A DNA stretch of 64,000 bases. It comes from Capsulimonadales bacterium (GTDB taxonomy: Bacteria; Armatimonadota; Armatimonadia; Armatimonadales; Armatimonadaceae). The position numbers were made by a program, and so were the translations under genes. Position 1 is the first letter of the stretch; each line of letters begins with the position of its first letter. The stretch lies in the NCBI GenBank assembly GCA_033762295.1, contig JANRLW010000006.1, forward strand, positions 32,001 through 96,000, given 5' to 3'. This document shows, one piece after another, positions 59,557 to 64,000 of the stretch. Below the pieces are notes generated by a model. The model saw nothing but the letters and a program-made list of their open reading frames with translations. It searched no databases and was not told where the DNA came from.

Positions 59557-59587
59557 ATGCGACCGGGCGTTCGGAAAACCGCGCCCC

Positions 59588-60400
59588 ATGAGGACAATTC
59601 GGAAAATCGAACGGAGTCGCCTTGCCTATCGCGAACTGATGGCCCTTCTGGCCAGCGACCGTCCGGGCGATTCGCTGCTGCTGGAAAGAACGCTGTCAAA
59701 TCTGCCCGCCGACGAGGCCGTTCCGGCGCTCTATGCCATCACCGGCAAGAGCCGTCCCCTTTCCCTGGCGATGATCCCGAACCTTCTGGGTCGTGTTCTT
59801 CTCGCTATGTTGCTCCTGCGCTGGGTGATGCCGTCTCCTACCTGGACTCTGCTGCATTTCGTTCTGGCACTCCTGGTTCTCCGGTGGGTATTTCACCCGA
59901 TTCAACGCCAGCTGCGGTTTCGGAAAACGCGGCGGGCCGTCTTCTTCCTTGCGGGATTCAACGACGCTCGCGCCGTCGAGGAACTGTTACGATACCGCCG
60001 TTTCCGGCCCGGAACCCCGGAGCAGGAGGCCCTGACCGAGCGGGCCGAGGGGGAGATGACCCGGCTTCTCGACGAACTCACAGGGCATGCCTTCATCCCC
60101 GGTATCGACCTCCTCTACGGTCTGGCGCACCGTGAATGCCTTTCCCGGACCGACCGTCGCCCCTGGACACCGACCCGCATCTATTTTTATATCGCCATCC
60201 TCCGGCTGCTTTCCGTTCGGAATTCCGATCGGGATCGCGCCCTGATCGCACGGATCGCACGGCGACCGCACCGGAACGATCCGGGAGGTCAGGTCTGGGA
60301 GGTTGCCGTCGCGCTTTCGGGCAAATCGTCCGTCCCGGTGATGCCCGTTCGGTCCGCTCTGGCTTCGGAGCCGGTGCCGGCGATGGTTCGTCGTCCTTGA
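59588..60400 (+). CDS. Hypothetical TM + HEAT-like protein (paralog 3 of 3)
   Basis: Two TM helices, NDARAVEELL, FYIAILRLL. Confidence 0.6.
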   Translation: MRTIRKIERSRLAYRELMALLASDRPGDSLLLERTLSNLPADEAVPALYAITGKSRPLSLAMIPNLLGRVLLAMLLLRWVMPSPTWTLLHFVLALLVLRWVFHPIQRQLRFRKTRRAVFFLAGFNDARAVEELLRYRRFRPGTPEQEALTERAEGEMTRLLDELTGHAFIPGIDLLYGLAHRECLSRTDRRPWTPTRIYFYIAILRLLSVRNSDRDRALIARIARRPHRNDPGGQVWEVAVALSGKSSVPVMPVRSALASEPVPAMVRRP

Positions 60401-60438
60401 CGGCGACCTGGCGGCGAAATACGGTAAAATAACCTCCG

Positions 60439-61455
60439 ATGTCCGTTTCGTCCGCCTCACCGTCCCTCGATTTGCTCGAAATCACCGACCTGACGATCGC
60501 CTTTGGTGACAATCCCGTCGTGGAAGGCGTCTCCCTCTCCGTGGGCAAGGGAGAGATCGTCGGTATTGTCGGCGAATCGGGTTCGGGAAAATCGATGACG
60601 GCTCTATCCGTCCTGCGTCTGGTACCCGAACCGGGGCGGATTACGCGCGGTTCGATTCGACTGGAGGGTCGTAACCTTTTATCCCTGACCGAAAAGGAGA
60701 TGCGAACGATTCGCGGGGGCCGGGTCGCCATGATCTTTCAGGACCCGATGACCTCGCTCAATCCGGTCTTCACGGTCGGCGAACAGATCGCTGAGGCCGT
60801 TCGGGTGCACCGTGGCGCGGACCGGCGGACCGCCTGGACGGAGGCGGTCGCCGCGATGCGGCAGGTGCATATCGCCGATGCGGAGCGGAGGGCGCGTCAG
60901 TATCCGGGGGAACTGTCCGGCGGAATGCGACAACGCGTCATGATCGCCATGGCGCTCGCGATGAAGCCGGCGTTGTTGCTGGCCGACGAGCCGACAACGG
61001 CGCTCGATGTCACCGTCCAGGCGCAGATCCTGGCGTTAATCAACGAATTACGACACGATACGGGCATGGGCGTGCTTTTCATCACCCATGATCTGGGGGT
61101 GGTTGCCGAAGTGTGCGACCGGGTCCTGGTTCTGTATTCGGGGCGAGTGATGGAAACGGCGGATGCCGCGACCCTATTTCGCGATCCGGCGCATCCTTAT
61201 ACGCAGGGACTGCTGGCCTCCCTGCCCGAATCGCTCCCTCCCGGCGCGAACCGTCTCTCGTATATCCCGGGTCAGCCGCCGGCGAACCCCGGCGCGGTCA
61301 CCGGCTGCCCGTTCCGATTCCGATGCCCGAAGCGGATGCCCGGCATCTGTGAGCGGGAGTTGCCGACCGTCCGTAGGGAAACCGGCTCGGTCGTACGATG
61401 CCACCTTTACCGGGAGGACCTGCCGGCCGCGCCGGAGGCGGGGAAAACGCGATGA
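60439..61455 (+). CDS. oppD: Oligopeptide/dipeptide ABC transporter ATPase
   Basis: [40 protein letters not shown]-terminal Cys cluster. Confidence 0.9.
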   Translation: MSVSSASPSLDLLEITDLTIAFGDNPVVEGVSLSVGKGEIVGIVGESGSGKSMTALSVLRLVPEPGRITRGSIRLEGRNLLSLTEKEMRTIRGGRVAMIFQDPMTSLNPVFTVGEQIAEAVRVHRGADRRTAWTEAVAAMRQVHIADAERRARQYPGELSGGMRQRVMIAMALAMKPALLLADEPTTALDVTVQAQILALINELRHDTGMGVLFITHDLGVVAEVCDRVLVLYSGRVMETADAATLFRDPAHPYTQGLLASLPESLPPGANRLSYIPGQPPANPGAVTGCPFRFRCPKRMPGICERELPTVRRETGSVVRCHLYREDLPAAPEAGKTR

Positions 61456-62468
61456 GTCTGCTGCAGGTGGAGGACCTGACCGTACATTTCCCGATTGCCG
61501 GGGGGAAGGTCGTCCGGGCAGTCGACGGCGTTTCGTTCGCCGTGGATCGCGGGGAGACGCTCGGAGTGGTGGGCGAGTCCGGCTGCGGCAAATCGACGAC
61601 CGGACGCGCCCTTCTGCGCCTGATCCCGGCGACCTCCGGTCGGGTTCGCTTCGATGGGACCGAGGTCCTTTCGCTCGGGGCGGGCGAGCTGCGAACGCTC
61701 CGTCAGCGGATGCAAATGGTCTTTCAGGACCCGTTCGCCTCGCTGTCGCCACGGCTCTCGGTCGGCGCGATCGTCTCCGAACCGCTGGAAATCCATCGTC
61801 TTGGCGGGTCCGCGTCCGAACGTGAGGCACGGGTCGCCGACCTGCTGACGCGGGTCGGACTGCCGCCGTCCGCCATGCGGCGGTACCCCCATGAGTTTTC
61901 GGGCGGTCAACGCCAGCGCATCGGTATTGCGCGCGCGTTGACGCTGAATCCCGACCTCCTCGTACTGGACGAACCCGTTTCCGCTCTGGATATTTCGGTA
62001 CGCGCCCAGGTCGTCAATCTGCTTTCGGATCTCCAGCGGGACCGGGGTATGGCCTACCTGTTCATCGGGCATGACCTCTCCCTCATCCGGCATGTAGCCC
62101 ACCGGGTGGCGGTGATGTATCTGGGCCGGATCGTGGAGATCGGGACGGCCGAACGACTGTATGCCGATCCCCGGCACCCGTATACCCGTTCGTTGTTCGA
62201 CGCGGTCCCGGTCCCGGACCCTTCCCGGCGTCGGGAGCGCGCGCCGCTCGACGGCGACCCGCCGTCTCCGATCGACCTTCCGTCCGGCTGTCGTTTCCGT
62301 ACTCGCTGCTCGTACGCGCAGCCGGTTTGCGCGGAGCGGGACCCGTCGCTCGATCCTCTTCCGTCCGCTCCGGACCACCGTTCCGCCTGTCACTTCGCCG
62401 CCTCGCTGCCGATGTGGCAGCCGGCATCGCCGACCTCGGTCGCAAAAAAAGAGCCCGGCCCGCATTAA
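61452..62468 (+). CDS. oppF: Oligopeptide/dipeptide ABC transporter ATPase
   Basis: [41 protein letters not shown]. Confidence 0.9.
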   Translation: MSLLQVEDLTVHFPIAGGKVVRAVDGVSFAVDRGETLGVVGESGCGKSTTGRALLRLIPATSGRVRFDGTEVLSLGAGELRTLRQRMQMVFQDPFASLSPRLSVGAIVSEPLEIHRLGGSASEREARVADLLTRVGLPPSAMRRYPHEFSGGQRQRIGIARALTLNPDLLVLDEPVSALDISVRAQVVNLLSDLQRDRGMAYLFIGHDLSLIRHVAHRVAVMYLGRIVEIGTAERLYADPRHPYTRSLFDAVPVPDPSRRRERAPLDGDPPSPIDLPSGCRFRTRCSYAQPVCAERDPSLDPLPSAPDHRSACHFAASLPMWQPASPTSVAKKEPGPH

Positions 62469-62522
62469 GGCGAGCCGGGCACAGGGGGAATCCACGGACG
62501 TTACGCACCTTTCGGTACGACG

Positions 62523-62927
62523 TCAAATTCCGGCGACCACCCGGGTGTAATGGGCTTCGTTGCGGATCGGCACCCGAAGATGCTGACCCGGCTGGAGGAC
62601 GGCGGAGGTCGGCAGGCCGTTTTCGTTCGCCAGCTCGTCCACCCGTTCCAGGATATATCGCCCCGGGTCGCCGTAGCGATGGGCCATTTTCCAGAGAGTA
62701 TCTCCCGAGCGCACCGTCACGGTGACGGTGGCGGGCAATGCGCGTTCGCCGCCCTGGTTTCTCCGGGCCAGCGCCACGGTCGCTGTCAGCAGGAAGACGG
62801 CGGCGACGATGCCAATCAGCGTCGCTCGCCGGAACGAACGACGACGACGGTGCCTGCCGCCCACCGGAATCAATCCGAGGGGTCCCGCCATGCCATATCG
62901 ATTTGCCGTATTCGGAAGGGTTCGCAT
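62523..62927 (-). CDS. TM + LysM protein (YneA/ChiZ-like SOS cell-division inhibitor candidate)
   Basis: TM helix then VTVRSGDTLWKMA...NGL....LQPGQHLRVP; divergent from lexA. Confidence 0.75.
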   Translation of the reverse strand: MRTLPNTANRYGMAGPLGLIPVGGRHRRRRSFRRATLIGIVAAVFLLTATVALARRNQGGERALPATVTVTVRSGDTLWKMAHRYGDPGRYILERVDELANENGLPTSAVLQPGQHLRVPIRNEAHYTRVVAGI

Positions 62928-63005
62928 CTTGTTTCGGTTATCCTCTCCTGCGACGCTCACCGCGCCATTTGCCGCCATACTCCGGAGCGCTCCGTTCAGC
63001 CGGAA

Positions 63006-63139
63006 GGCAAACAAAAGGCAAACATTCGGACAAAGTGAATATAACCGTTTTCTTTTTGTTTGTCAACCTTTTGTTTGCCGCTGCCTAAAAACTTTTGTTT
63101 TTCGGGAAGTTGCGTGTATAATCAAAACAACTATTTGCC
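63006..63139. promoter_or_regulatory. lexA/LysM divergent promoter region with candidate SOS boxes (AAAC-N4-GTTT)
   Basis: AAAAAC-TTTT-GTTTTT at 63087-63102; GGCAAACAAAAGG/CCTTTTGTTTGCC inverted repeat; TATAAT at 63117-63122. Confidence 0.55.
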
Positions 63140-63202
63140 CGCAAATTCGGGGGGACGATTGCCCCGACCGGGAACCCGTACAGGCCGGAGGATCCGTCGA
63201 TC

Positions 63203-63829
63203 ATGAGCATGACCCGACCGCTGACCGACAAACAGCAGGAAATCGTCGAAATCATCCGCAAGGCGCTGTTGCGGGATGGCATTGCCCCGACCGTCCGCGA
63301 GATCGGTCGTCTGACCGGCTTGAAGTCCTCCTGCTCGGTGCAGAAGCATCTGAATCAACTGGAAGCGAACGGCTATATCAAACGGTCGCCGTACAAGTAC
63401 CGGTCGATCGAGCTGCTGATGGAAGGGTCGCCGGTCTCCCGTCGCCGCACCGTCTCCATTCCGCTGGTCGGACGGGTCGCCGCCGGTACGCCCATTACGG
63501 CCATCGAAAACATTGAGGAGCATTATCCCCTGCCGGAGGCGATGATTCCGCGTGATGCCGACTGCTTTATGCTTCGGGTCAAGGGCGATTCCATGATCAA
63601 TGCCGGCATTTTCGACGGTGACCTGGTCGTCGTCCGCAAACAGACCACGGCTCGGAACGGCGAAATCGTCGTCGCACGGATCGGCGATGAAGCCACCGTC
63701 AAGACGTTCTACACGGCCGGGGACAACGGAATCCGCCTTCAACCGGAAAACCCCCATCTTCGGCCGATCATTACCCGGGAAGCGCAGATCGAAGGACGGG
63801 TGATCCTGACGATGCGACAGTACCCCTGA
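63203..63829 (+). CDS. lexA: SOS repressor LexA (canonical)
   Basis: PTVREI wHTH, PLVGRVAAG cleavage site, KGDSM catalytic Ser, ATVK catalytic Lys, LQPEN. Confidence 0.95.
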   Translation: MSMTRPLTDKQQEIVEIIRKALLRDGIAPTVREIGRLTGLKSSCSVQKHLNQLEANGYIKRSPYKYRSIELLMEGSPVSRRRTVSIPLVGRVAAGTPITAIENIEEHYPLPEAMIPRDADCFMLRVKGDSMINAGIFDGDLVVVRKQTTARNGEIVVARIGDEATVKTFYTAGDNGIRLQPENPHLRPIITREAQIEGRVILTMRQYP

Positions 63830-63848
63830 AAGGGAGCGTCCCCGTTGC

Positions 63849-63880
63849 AAAAGGCGGTTCCTCCGGGGACCGCCTTTTTT
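63849..63880 (+). terminator. Rho-independent terminator after lexA
   Basis: aaaaggcggttcc-tccg-gggaccgcc-tttttt. Confidence 0.8.
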
Positions 63881-64000
63881 GGTCGACCGTTCCCGCTCAT
63901 GCGAAAAACGGCGAACTCCGATATAACAGGGGAGGCGTTCCCGAACCGGCGTTTTCGATCTCCCGTTCCGTCTTATCCCGCTTATCCCGAGGTAACCGAT

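Noticed and set aside
1..64000. CRISPR array, IS/transposase, rRNA or defence island
   Set aside because: No regularly spaced repeats, transposase motifs or rRNA signatures seen by inspection.

Overview
GC-rich bacterial chromosomal window with no recognisable prophage, IS, CRISPR or rRNA. Three DUF1559/H-X9-DG prepilin-like genes of the '[12 protein letters not shown]...CLSN.KQ' type, together with diderm markers (Omp85/BamA-like, LpxL-like acyltransferase), point to Armatimonadota (inference). The window is mostly housekeeping genes (anmK, pit, secG, tatA/tatB, tRNA-Leu(CAG), thiN, nadA, tilS, queA, ndk, livG/F, uvrB, thrB, prs, oppD/F, lexA). The most notable items are: (1) a TPP riboswitch with its own sigma70-type promoter controlling a DUF1559 pilin-like gene plus thiamine pyrophosphokinase, which suggests these pilin-like proteins act as nutrient-specific capture/uptake modules; (2) three LexA/S24-family genes: a canonical LexA divergent from a LysM/TM gene, a full-length LexA paralog lacking the cleavage and catalytic residues, and a stand-alone catalytically dead S24-like domain; (3) a prkA-yhbH-spoVR cluster expanded with YetF/DUF421, a Cse60-like gene and a glycosyltransferase; (4) an orphan ParB with a Cys-rich C-terminus; (5) candidate ECF promoters, operators and unannotated small proteins. 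All family assignments come from visual motif recognition; no database searches were run.
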